33,629 bases of DNA from assembly GCA_045536095.1 (NCBI GenBank), contig JAZSMW010000100.1, forward strand, positions 1-33,629, read 5' to 3'. The stretch comes from Clostridia bacterium (lineage in GTDB: Bacteria; Bacillota; Clostridia; Christensenellales; UBA1242). Below, piece by piece: positions 9,913-17,567 of this stretch. The notes below the pieces were generated by a model. That model saw only the letters and a program-made list of their open reading frames with translations. It was not told the origin of the DNA and did not search any database. Within the stretch, counting starts at the first letter, position 1, and every line of letters starts with the position of its first letter. Position numbers and translations under genes: made by a program.

Positions 9913-10671
9913 TCACATCTTTTTATCTATTAAAACACCAAATGGCCCCACAATTGCATTTTCAGAAACTTGACTGCCACTAATATACGAATTTTTAATT
10001 GTTGCATTTTTGCATACTATACTATTTTTTATTACATTGTTTGGTTCTAAAACCACATCTTCTGCAATATAACTCTGCCCTTTAAGTGTGTTGTTTGGCT
10101 CCACCCTAGCCCCGCTTTCTATAACAACATCGGCATCTATATAGGTTGAGTTTTCGTCTACAATATATACACCATTATTAATATGGTAATTAATTATTTT
10201 TTTCTTTAATTCTTTGGTTAGTTCCACAACGTCTGCCATGTTACAAACAGGTTGCAACTCTTTACCTGCAAAAAGTTCACTTTCTGGCACCAAAACGCTT
10301 TCACACTCTTTTAAATACTCTGAGTTAAAAACAAAACCCCTTTTTAATTTTAAAACGTTTAAGTTTTTTGTTTTAAAATGGTCTAAAATTTGCAAAACTG
10401 CGCCCCTTGTTAACCTTGGAGTATCTGCATAAAAAACCATGGTTATTGGTTTAGTGCTTTGGCAAGTTTTAATTAAACTAATCACATTATAATCTTCATC
10501 ACACGGTATTGTTATAATTTCGGCACCCGCTCCGCTAAGAGCAACCCATTCCCACATTTTTTTGCCCAATATTTCTATATCGTATGGGGCTTTAACATTA
10601 AAATTTGGGTTTTTGTTTAACAAAACCACAAATAAAACATCTTCTAAAACATTTGCACTTAAATTTTCCAT
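9913..10671 (-). CDS. Truncated, degenerate GlmU-like protein (nucleotidyltransferase-like N-domain plus a short left-handed beta-helix)
   Basis: 252 aa. NGVYIVDENSTYIDADVVIESGARVEPNN...AIVGPFGVL aligns with the GlmU linker and first hexapeptide turns. The LAAGxGTRM loop is replaced by VVLLNKNPNF. The ORF stops before the acetyltransferase active-site region. The position upstream of pth-mfd is syntenic with glmU. Confidence 0.6.
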   Translation of the reverse strand: MENLSANVLEDVLFVVLLNKNPNFNVKAPYDIEILGKKMWEWVALSGAGAEIITIPCDEDYNVISLIKTCQSTKPITMVFYADTPRLTRGAVLQILDHFKTKNLNVLKLKRGFVFNSEYLKECESVLVPESELFAGKELQPVCNMADVVELTKELKKKIINYHINNGVYIVDENSTYIDADVVIESGARVEPNNTLKGQSYIAEDVVLEPNNVIKNSIVCKNATIKNSYISGSQVSENAIVGPFGVLIDKKM

Positions 10672-10677
10672 AAAGTC

Positions 10678-10706
10678 ATTTTACAATTTGAATACATAAA
10701 AGTCAA
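10678..10706 (-). promoter_or_regulatory. Strong promoter abutting the start codon of the glmU-like/pth/mfd operon (leaderless prediction)
   Basis: Minus strand reads TTGACT (10706-10701), a 17-nt spacer, TAAAAT (10683-10678), then only GACTTT before ATG (10671). No SD is present. Confidence 0.6.
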
Positions 10707-10759
10707 CAAAATAGTTATTTTAAAGGCCCCCTTTTAACATTTTAAACACATGCTTTAAC

Positions 10760-10789
10760 TTGACTTAACACTTATTTTAATGTTAAAAT
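10760..10789 (+). promoter_or_regulatory. Promoter for the 10808..11239 gene
   Basis: TTGACT (10760-10765), an 18-nt spacer ending TGt, then TAAAAT (10784-10789). RBS GAGG at 10799-10802. Confidence 0.55.
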
Positions 10790-10807
10790 TTAAAAAATGA
10801 GGTTTTT

Positions 10808-11239
10808 ATGGAAGAACAGGAGTTATTACAACACAAACAAAACATGATTGAGCGAGGCTCTGCAATTATTTACCCACAACTTGTTCAAGAGTGGATAGAA
10901 CACGTTAACACTTTTGCTGTTTGGCCACATAGCGAAACATTAAAAATTTCGGTAACAATAATGGAAGAGCTAGCCAAAGACACTAAAATAGAAGAAATTG
11001 CCAAATTCATTCCTAACGATTCCGAACTTTCATTAGCAACAATGTTTAACACTGTTACCCGCTTTTCAAAACGTGGTATAGAATTTTTTAAAAATTACTT
11101 TTTATCTTATAAAACCGACATGGCAAGCACCAACGAAAAACATAAACAAATGTGGACCGATTATTTAAGAAAAATACAAGAACAAAATGAAAAATTTGAA
11201 AAAGAATTAATCACCCCAAAACCCGACAAACATCAATAA
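10808..11239 (+). CDS. Hypothetical protein (143 aa)
   Basis: It has an ORF with a GAGG RBS, its own promoter and a downstream hairpin. I recognise no family motif. Confidence 0.5.
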   Translation: MEEQELLQHKQNMIERGSAIIYPQLVQEWIEHVNTFAVWPHSETLKISVTIMEELAKDTKIEEIAKFIPNDSELSLATMFNTVTRFSKRGIEFFKNYFLSYKTDMASTNEKHKQMWTDYLRKIQEQNEKFEKELITPKPDKHQ

Positions 11240-11244
11240 TTAAT

Positions 11245-11277
11245 AAGCGCATTAATTAAAATGCGTTTATTTTTTTA
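11245..11277 (+). terminator. Weak intrinsic terminator after the 143-aa gene
   Basis: Stem AAGCGCAT / ATGCGTTT (includes one G-U pair) is followed by ATTTTTTT. Confidence 0.45.
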
Positions 11278-11352
11278 ATATAATTAAAAATGTTAAATTC
11301 TTACTTGTGTTTTTTTTGTTTTTGTTGTATGCTTTTAGGGTAATATTAATCT

Positions 11353-11438
11353 CCGCACAAAACCGTTTGCTCTTTGCAAACAAAACCCGCAGTTTTGCAG
11401 GTTTAAAAGTTTTTGCACAAAAACTTTGTTTTGTGCGG
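11353..11438 (+). ncRNA. Candidate structured RNA / 5' leader element E1: 86-nt cloverleaf-like four-helix junction 29 nt upstream of the alaS start
   Basis: P1 is a perfect 11-bp helix: CCGCACAAAAC (11353-11363) with GTTTTGTGCGG (11428-11438). It encloses three hairpins: 11365-11381 (6 bp), 11383-11404 (8 bp plus 1 mismatch) and 11406-11427 (9 bp). Junction linkers are 1, 1, 1 and 0 nt. No U-tract follows. Strand is inferred from similarity to E2. Confidence 0.4.
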
Positions 11439-11467
11439 GCAAAAATAAACATATATGGAGAAAATAA

Positions 11468-13276
11468 ATGAAACAAAATTTAAAAGACTTATACATCAAC
11501 TTTTTTATTTCTAAGGGGCACAAACAAATACCATCGGCAAGCGTTGTTCCAGAAAACGACCCTACTTGCCTATTTAACACTGCAGGCATGCAACCACTTG
11601 TTCCATATCTTTTAGGAGCAAAACATCCTCTTGGCACCAGATTGTGCGACTTTCAAAAATGTTTTAGGCTTACCGATTTAGACGAAGTTGGCGACAGTTA
11701 CCACCACACATTTTTTGAAATGCTTGGAAACTGGAGTTTGGGCGACTATTTTAAAAAAGAATCTATTACATGGAGTTACGAATTTTTAACAACAGTTTTA
11801 AACATAGATAAATCTAGATTAGCCTTTACCGTGTTTGAAGGAAACGAATATGTTAAAGCCGACACAGAAAGCGCTCAAATTTGGGAAAGCCTTGGGGTTA
11901 GTAAAGACCGAATTGCATTTTTGCCAGCCGAAGATAACTGGTGGCCTAGCATGGAGCAATTTGGCCCATGTGGAAGCGATACCGAAATTTTTTATTGGGT
12001 AGACAAAACAACTCCAGCTCCCGAAAAATTTGACCCAAGCGATAAGCGTTGGATGGAAATTTGGAACAATGTTTTTATGCAATACAATCATTTACCTAGC
12101 GGAGAATTTGTTCCACTAACCCAACAAAACGTAGACACAGGTATGGGCGTGGAGCGTACAACCGCCGTTCTTGCCGGGCTTAGCGACAACTACCAAACTA
12201 ACATTTGGAAACCAATTATTAACCAAATAGAAAAAATAAGTGGCAAATCTTACCAAGAAAACCAAAAGGCAATGCGCGTTGTTGCCGACCACATTCGTGC
12301 AATTGTTATGATAGCAAGTGATGATGCTGGCATTAAACCATCTAACACCGACCAAGGCTACATTTTAAGACGTTTAATTAGAAGAGTTATTCGTTTTGCA
12401 AAACAACTTGGCATAAACACAACAGAAAATTTTGAAGAAGAAATTATTAATATTATTGTTGACCAATTTAAAGATTATTACGAAGAGGTTGGCAGAAATG
12501 CAAATGTTGTTAAACAAGTGTTTAGTGAAGAAAAAAACAAATTTAACAAAACAATCGAAAACGGCTTAAAAGAATTTGAAAAAGTTCTTGCCGGATTTAG
12601 CCGTAAAGAAGAATTTTTAAGAAGAACCGACCCAAATGCAACTGTTGAGCGCATAATAACAGGAAAAACCGCATTTAATTTATACGAAACTTATGGATTC
12701 CCTATAGAAATGACCGAAGAACTTGCAAAAGAAAGAGGTGTTATGGTAGACACATCTAACTTTAAACAACTTTTTGCCGAGCACCAAGAAAAGTCTAAGG
12801 CAGGAAGTGAGCAAAAATTTAAGGGTGGTTTAAGTGATTCTAGCGAAGAAAATGCACGTCTTCACACAGCAACTCACCTAATGCAAGCCGGGCTTCAAAA
12901 ATTTGTAAGCGCCGACATTCGTCAAAAAGGCTCTAACATAACACCAGAGCGTTTACGCTTTGACTTTAATTGCGATCACAAACTCACCGAAGAAGAACTT
13001 AAACAAGTAGAAGATTTTGTTAACGATGCAATTGCTCAAAACATACCTGTTGAAGTTAGCGAAATGACAGTTGAAGAAGCCAAAGCTTCTGGTGCCCTTG
13101 GAGTGTTTGATAGCAGATACGGCGAAAAAGTAACCGTTTACACAATTGGCAACATTTCTAAAGAAATTTGTGGTGGACCACACGCAAAAAACACTGGCGA
13201 CCTTCACCACTTTAAAATTATTAAAGAAGAATCTTCTTCTAGCGGAATTAGAAGAATTAAAGCAATTTTAGATTAA
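11468..13276 (+). CDS. alaS: Alanine--tRNA ligase, short form (602 aa: catalytic and editing domains, no C-Ala domain)
   Basis: Motifs are GHKQIPSASVVPENDPTCLFNTAGM and FFEMLGNWSLGDYFK. Editing-site motifs are HTATHLM and CGGPHAKNTGD. The ORF ends at GIRRIKAILD, directly after the editing domain. RBS is GGAG. Confidence 0.85.
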   Translation: MKQNLKDLYINFFISKGHKQIPSASVVPENDPTCLFNTAGMQPLVPYLLGAKHPLGTRLCDFQKCFRLTDLDEVGDSYHHTFFEMLGNWSLGDYFKKESITWSYEFLTTVLNIDKSRLAFTVFEGNEYVKADTESAQIWESLGVSKDRIAFLPAEDNWWPSMEQFGPCGSDTEIFYWVDKTTPAPEKFDPSDKRWMEIWNNVFMQYNHLPSGEFVPLTQQNVDTGMGVERTTAVLAGLSDNYQTNIWKPIINQIEKISGKSYQENQKAMRVVADHIRAIVMIASDDAGIKPSNTDQGYILRRLIRRVIRFAKQLGINTTENFEEEIINIIVDQFKDYYEEVGRNANVVKQVFSEEKNKFNKTIENGLKEFEKVLAGFSRKEEFLRRTDPNATVERIITGKTAFNLYETYGFPIEMTEELAKERGVMVDTSNFKQLFAEHQEKSKAGSEQKFKGGLSDSSEENARLHTATHLMQAGLQKFVSADIRQKGSNITPERLRFDFNCDHKLTEEELKQVEDFVNDAIAQNIPVEVSEMTVEEAKASGALGVFDSRYGEKVTVYTIGNISKEICGGPHAKNTGDLHHFKIIKEESSSSGIRRIKAILD

Positions 13277-13288
13277 TATGGAGAAAAT

Positions 13289-15028
13289 ATGAAACAAAAT
13301 ATATACAGAACTCACTCTTGCGGAGAATTAAGGCTTTGCAATGCTGGGCAAGAAGTTAAAATTTCGGGGTGGATTAACTCTATTAGAAAACTTGGCGGAA
13401 TTACCTTTTTAACAATTAGAGATCACTTTGGCTTAACTCAAGTTGTGGCAGAAAACGAACAAATGTTAGACGGCCTTTGCAAAGAGTGTACCGTTTGTGT
13501 TACTGGAACGGTTACCGAAAGAGAAAGCAAAAATTTAAAAATGGAAACAGGTGAAATAGAGGTTATTGCAAAAAACATACAACTTCTTGGAAAGTGTGAA
13601 CCTGTTTTGCCTTTTGAAATTGCCGACGCGCAAAACACCAAAGAAGAACTTAGGCTTAAATATAGATATTTAGATTTAAGAAATTCTAATGCACATAATC
13701 TTATTGTGTTTAGATCTAAGGTTTTAAACTTTGTAAGAAACAAACTAACCAACATGGGCTTTATGGAAGTTCAAACCCCAATTTTAACCTCGTCTAGCCC
13801 AGAAGGCGCAAGAGATTACATTGTTCCAACAGTTAATGCTCCGGGCGAATTTTATGCACTTCCTCAAGCCCCACAACAATTTAAACAACTTCTTATGATT
13901 TCGGGCTTTGATAAATATTTTCAAGTTGCTCCTTGCTTTAGAAACGAGGCAGCAAGAGCAGACCGCTCTCCTGGTGAATTTTATCAAATAGACATGGAAA
14001 TGAGTTTTGCTACTCAAGACGATGTTATGGAATATTGCGAAGAGTTTGTTTGCGAACTTTTTAACACTTTTACAACAAAACAAATGGCAACTGCTCCTTT
14101 TGTAAAAATTCCTTACAAAGAAGCAATGGAAAAATATTGTAGCGACAAGCCAGACCTTAGAAACCCACTTATTGTGCACGACTTAACAACTGCTTTTGCA
14201 GGCACCGAGTTTAATGCCTTTAAGGGCAAAACAATAAAAGCCATTTGCGTAAACGCTGGCGAAAAGCCAAGAAGATTTTATGACGACCTTGGCACATATA
14301 TTGTTTCTTTTGAGGGTAAAGGTCTTGCATGGGTTAAATTTGACGGAACCGACTTTACTGGCGGAATTTCTAAATTTTTAACCGAACAAAATAAAAAAGA
14401 TTTAATATCTGAGTTTAATCTTGTTGGGCAAGAAAGCATTTTCTTTATTGCCGACGAACTTCAAATGGCACAAAAACTTGCAAACGTTTTAAGAAACAAA
14501 CTAGGCGAAGAATTAAATTTAATCGACAAAAACGCCGTTGCTTGTTGCTGGATTTGCGACTTCCCATTTTTTGAAAAGAATGATGAGGGGAACATTGATT
14601 TTGCGCACAATCCATTTAGCATGCCTCAAGGCGGAATAGATGCATTAAACCAAAAAGACCCATATAGCATAGTTGCCTACCAATACGACCTTGTTATTAA
14701 CGGCTACGAAACTTTAAGCGGTGCTGTAAGAAATCACCAAACCGACCTTATGGTTAAAGCCTTTGAAATGGCGGGCTACAATAAAGAAACTGTTGAACAA
14801 AAATTTGGCGCATTATATAACGCATTTAAATATGGTGCACCTCCTCACGCTGGTTGCGCATTTGGGCTAGAACGTCTTCTTATGATTATGACCGATAATG
14901 AGTTTATTAGAGACGTTATTGCATTCCCACTAAACAAAAATGCAAGAGATTTAATGATGGGTGCTCCAAGTTTTGTTTCTCAAAAACAACTAACCGATGT
15001 TGGAATTCAGTTAATTAAAAAAGACTAA
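13289..15028 (+). CDS. aspS: Aspartate--tRNA ligase (bacterial type)
   Basis: 579 aa. Class II motifs are FYALPQAPQQFKQLLM, FQVAPCFRNEAARADRSPGEFYQIDMEMSF and GCAFGLERL. It starts 12 nt after alaS, so the two are probably an operon. Confidence 0.95.
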   Translation: MKQNIYRTHSCGELRLCNAGQEVKISGWINSIRKLGGITFLTIRDHFGLTQVVAENEQMLDGLCKECTVCVTGTVTERESKNLKMETGEIEVIAKNIQLLGKCEPVLPFEIADAQNTKEELRLKYRYLDLRNSNAHNLIVFRSKVLNFVRNKLTNMGFMEVQTPILTSSSPEGARDYIVPTVNAPGEFYALPQAPQQFKQLLMISGFDKYFQVAPCFRNEAARADRSPGEFYQIDMEMSFATQDDVMEYCEEFVCELFNTFTTKQMATAPFVKIPYKEAMEKYCSDKPDLRNPLIVHDLTTAFAGTEFNAFKGKTIKAICVNAGEKPRRFYDDLGTYIVSFEGKGLAWVKFDGTDFTGGISKFLTEQNKKDLISEFNLVGQESIFFIADELQMAQKLANVLRNKLGEELNLIDKNAVACCWICDFPFFEKNDEGNIDFAHNPFSMPQGGIDALNQKDPYSIVAYQYDLVINGYETLSGAVRNHQTDLMVKAFEMAGYNKETVEQKFGALYNAFKYGAPPHAGCAFGLERLLMIMTDNEFIRDVIAFPLNKNARDLMMGAPSFVSQKQLTDVGIQLIKKD

Positions 15029-15077
15029 TATCTCATTAATCTAATAACAAATTATCTTGTAAATGCGATATTTCCTA
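15028..15077 (+). repeat. Hairpin repeat, copy A (decayed 5' arm), immediately after the aspS stop
   Basis: The 23-nt core TCTTGTAAATGCGATATTTCCTA (15055-15077) is identical to 28482-28504. The whole ~50 nt aligns with copy B at roughly 85 percent identity. Confidence 0.7.
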
Positions 15078-15089
15078 GATAATTAAATA

Positions 15090-15123
15090 AAATTCCTATT
15101 GCATTTTGCTTTAGGAATTTTTG
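15090..15123 (+). terminator. Intrinsic terminator of the alaS-aspS operon
   Basis: AAATTCCTA (15090-15098) pairs with TAGGAATTT (15112-15120) around a 13-nt loop, followed by a T-run. Confidence 0.65.
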
Positions 15124-15148
15124 TTAAAATTAAAAAAGGAACAATTTA

Positions 15149-15928
15149 ATGAATCAAATAGAAAAATATTATAACAAATTTAACGAACACAAGCGCCTAA
15201 CATCCCGCCATGGCATTGTTGAATTTACTATATCTATGGAATTTATTTTAAAACATTTAAGTTTAATTGGAAACAAACCATTAAACATTTTAGATGTTGG
15301 GGCTGGAACTGGCAGATATTCTGGTTATTTAAACAGCCTTGGTCACAATGTTACTGCGGTTGAACTTGTTAAAAAAAATTTAAGTGTTTTAAAACAAAAC
15401 TACCCAAACGTTACAGCCTCTTTAGGCAATGCCACAAACCTTAAAAAGTTTAACGACAATTCTTTTGACGCAGTAATACTTTTTGGCCCAATGTATCACT
15501 TACACCAAAAAGAAGAACAACTTATGGCACTAGCCGAGGCAAAGCGTGTTGTTAAAAGTGGCGGAGTAATTTTTGTTGCTTACCTACTTTCTTCTTATGC
15601 CGTTGTTCGTCATGGGTTTATGGATAACACCATTCACGAAGAAATAGAACGAGGAAAACTCGACAAAAATTTTAATATAATTTCTTGCGAGGAAGATTTA
15701 TATTTTTACACCAATCTAAACTATATTAACCAATTAAACAACGAGGTTAATTTAAAAAGATTAGAAATAATTTCTCCCGATGGGCCAACCGATTACATCA
15801 GACAACACATTAACAAATTAAGCGAACAAAATTTTAACATATATTTAGATTTTGTAAGGCAAAACGCCACCAACCCCCACACAATAGGCGCAAGTTCTCA
15901 CATTGTAGACATTTTAACCAAGCAGTAA
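15149..15928 (+). CDS. Class I SAM-dependent methyltransferase
   Basis: 259 aa. SAM-binding motif I is ILDVGAGTGRYS. An acidic loop and the FDAVILFGPMYH motif follow. RBS is AAGGAA. Confidence 0.8.
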   Translation: MNQIEKYYNKFNEHKRLTSRHGIVEFTISMEFILKHLSLIGNKPLNILDVGAGTGRYSGYLNSLGHNVTAVELVKKNLSVLKQNYPNVTASLGNATNLKKFNDNSFDAVILFGPMYHLHQKEEQLMALAEAKRVVKSGGVIFVAYLLSSYAVVRHGFMDNTIHEEIERGKLDKNFNIISCEEDLYFYTNLNYINQLNNEVNLKRLEIISPDGPTDYIRQHINKLSEQNFNIYLDFVRQNATNPHTIGASSHIVDILTKQ

Positions 15929-15942
15929 CCCTCTTGGTTTTT
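15915..15942 (+). terminator. Intrinsic terminator of the methyltransferase gene
   Basis: AACCAAG (15915-15921) pairs with CTTGGTT (15932-15938). The stop codon lies in the loop. A T-run extends to 15942. Confidence 0.65.
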
Positions 15943-16051
15943 TGTTTAAAACTTTTAATAAAATATTTGCCAAAAACTTTACATAACGCTTATTTTAATT
16001 ATTGTGTGATTTTTTAATTGACGAATTGTTTTTAAAACACTATTTTTTTGC

Positions 16052-16082
16052 AAAAAACACAATGAAGTTCATTGTGTTTTTG
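16052..16082 (-). terminator. Intrinsic terminator downstream of the 16108..16524 gene (hairpin usable in both directions)
   Basis: Hairpin ACACAATGA...TCATTGTGT is flanked by an A-run (16052-16057) and a T-run (16077-16081). Confidence 0.6.
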
Positions 16083-16107
16083 TATTTTTACTAATAATTT
16101 ATCTCTA

Positions 16108-16524
16108 CTATAAAATTAAGTCGTCTATGTAACAGTTAAAATACTTTGCAATTTCTAAAAGTTTATTAACCGAAGGGCTTACTTGGTTTTTCCACCTATT
16201 TATATTATCTTTAGAATATCCTAAATCTTTACAAAACTTTCTGTAAGAAATATTTTTAGTTTTTATATATAAAGTTAAATTTTCATAAAATTTTAACTGG
16301 TTTATATTGTACGGTTTAAAATTATTTTCACTGCAAAGTTCAAACAAATAATTTAACGACACTTTTAAATAGTTGGCAATTTTTATAACTGTTTTTAAAC
16401 TAGGAATTCGTTGTGTGTATTTAAAGAACGTATTTTGGCTTATTACATTGCTCTTAAATAAATCTTGTTTTGTTTTTTGTTGTTCCTGTAAAACACTTTC
16501 TACCAAATCAATAAAGTTAATCAT
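16108..16524 (-). CDS. XRE-family transcriptional regulator with two HTH-like modules
   Basis: 138 aa. Two repeats of the Cro/C1 pattern are present: ...QNTFFKYTQRIPSLKTVIKIANYLKVSLNYLF... and ...KDNINRWKNQVSPSVNKLLEIAKYFNCYIDDL. RBS is GGAG. Confidence 0.6.
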   Translation of the reverse strand: MINFIDLVESVLQEQQKTKQDLFKSNVISQNTFFKYTQRIPSLKTVIKIANYLKVSLNYLFELCSENNFKPYNINQLKFYENLTLYIKTKNISYRKFCKDLGYSKDNINRWKNQVSPSVNKLLEIAKYFNCYIDDLIL

Positions 16525-16535
16525 GCAAAATCTCC

Positions 16536-16598
16536 ATACTATAAATAGTATTTCCTATTTTGATGACAAAAAACCTGCCTCTGCCTACTTTGATGACA
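16536..16598. promoter_or_regulatory. Putative operator region of the two-HTH regulator
   Basis: Palindrome ATACTAT-AA-ATAGTAT (16536-16551) lies directly upstream of the SD. Direct repeats TA(T/C)TTTGATGACA occur at 16556-16568 and 16586-16598, 30 bp apart. Confidence 0.45.
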
Positions 16599-16673
16599 TA
16601 ATGTATTGGTGATTTATGAACAAAAATAAATGCAAACATGTAAACGATTGCAATAGTGAAAGAATATAAACAT

Positions 16674-16703
16674 TAAAAAAGGAAGAAATTAAAATCTCTT
16701 CCT
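16674..16703 (-). terminator. Intrinsic terminator of the 81-aa XRE gene
   Basis: Minus strand reads GGAAGA-GATTTTAATT-TCTTCC followed by TTTTTT (plus-strand A-run 16675-16680). Confidence 0.65.
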
Positions 16704-16726
16704 AAGCCACTTTATTTCTTTAAGGG

Positions 16727-16972
16727 TTAATCTACATCTAAGTCTTCATCCTCAAACAATTCCGAAGAAAAAAAGTATTTTGCAGTTACATTTAAACCCC
16801 TACAAATAAGTAAAACAGTTTTAAGATTAACACTGTTATTATCTGCCCTCATTAATGTTTGCATAGTGCTATGTGATATGGCTGTGTTTTTTTCTAAACG
16901 ATATATCGACATATCTTTTTCTAACAATATTTCTTTAATTCTTGCCACAACAGCAGTCGCCACTGATTTCAT
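16727..16972 (-). CDS. XRE-family HTH transcriptional regulator (81 aa)
   Basis: RIKEILLEKDMSIYRLEKNTAISHSTMQTLMRADNNSVNLKTVLLICRGLNV matches the Cro/C1 HTH pattern. RBS is AGGAG. It is divergent from the SLOG gene. Confidence 0.7.
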   Translation of the reverse strand: MKSVATAVVARIKEILLEKDMSIYRLEKNTAISHSTMQTLMRADNNSVNLKTVLLICRGLNVTAKYFFSSELFEDEDLDVD

Positions 16973-16984
16973 AAATTCACTCCT

Positions 16985-17099
16985 GTATTGTTTTCACAAT
17001 ACTATTGTAGTTATGCTTATAAAATTTATACGATTGTAAAAACAATAGTATTTTGTTGCTCCAATTTACAATTTTATTTATAATATTGTATAAACAATA
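16985..17099. promoter_or_regulatory. Divergent control region with three copies of the inverted repeat (T)ATTGT-N4-ACAAT(A), plus the SLOG-gene promoter
   Basis: Op1 is GTATTGT-TTTC-ACAATAC (16985-17002). Op2 is ATTGT-AAAA-ACAAT (17033-17046). Op3 is TATTGT-ATAA-ACAATA (17084-17099). The promoter is TTGCTC (17056-17061), a 17-nt spacer, then TATAAT (17079-17084). Op3 overlaps the end of the -10 and the expected TSS. Confidence 0.6.
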
Positions 17100-17115
17100 C
17101 CAAATGTGAGGTTGT

Positions 17116-17559
17116 ATGTACAAAAAAGTTGTTTGCTTTGTTGGTCACCGATACGAATGGCAAAATATTGGAATTTATAATAAATTAAAAGACACAATAA
17201 TTAATTTAATAGAAAAAGGTTATACAACGTTTTATGACGGTGGAAAGGACAGTTTTGATAATATTAGTGCCAATATTGTTTTAGAATTAAAAAATAAATA
17301 TCCACAAATTAAACTCTATAAAATTTTAACCTATTATCACCATGAAAAATCTAAATGGGAATTACCTAATGGCTATAATGGTTCAATAATACCCGACATA
17401 GCTCGTTTTCATCCAAAGTTAAAAATAACCAAAAAAAACGAATGGATTGTTAACAATAGCGACATTGTAGTTTGTCATATACGCGAAACATACAAAAGCG
17501 GCGCATATAACACGTTAAAATATGCAAGAAAAATAAGCAAACCTATTATTTATTTATAA
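17116..17559 (+). CDS. SLOG-fold, YpsA/DUF1273-like protein
   Basis: 147 aa. The pattern CFVGHR...GGKDSFDNISANIVLELKNKYPQIKLYKIL...KKNEWIVNNSDIVVCH...GAYNTLKYARK matches my recollection of the DUF1273/SLOG signature. RBS is GAGG. Confidence 0.55.
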   Translation: MYKKVVCFVGHRYEWQNIGIYNKLKDTIINLIEKGYTTFYDGGKDSFDNISANIVLELKNKYPQIKLYKILTYYHHEKSKWELPNGYNGSIIPDIARFHPKLKITKKNEWIVNNSDIVVCHIRETYKSGAYNTLKYARKISKPIIYL

Positions 17560-17567
17560 CAATCAAT

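Noticed and set aside
11240-11467. T-box riboswitch, or a genuine tRNA or tRNA-like gene, upstream of alaS; the same question was asked for E2 at 25242-25331.
   Set aside because: There is no conserved T-box sequence (AAUUAGGGUGGUACCGCG-like), no specifier-loop architecture and no terminator/antiterminator pair. Stem lengths (11/6/8/9 bp), loops of 3-8 nt and the absence of D-loop and T-loop consensus or CCA context rule out a tRNA.
11267-11637. Minus-strand ORFs 11267..11476 and 11335..11637, which cover the alaS leader and start.
   Set aside because: They run through the E1 palindromic helices and the alaS N-terminus. They have no RBS, and their peptides are Cys/Phe-rich nonsense. The open frames are explained by the structured element plus antisense reading of alaS.
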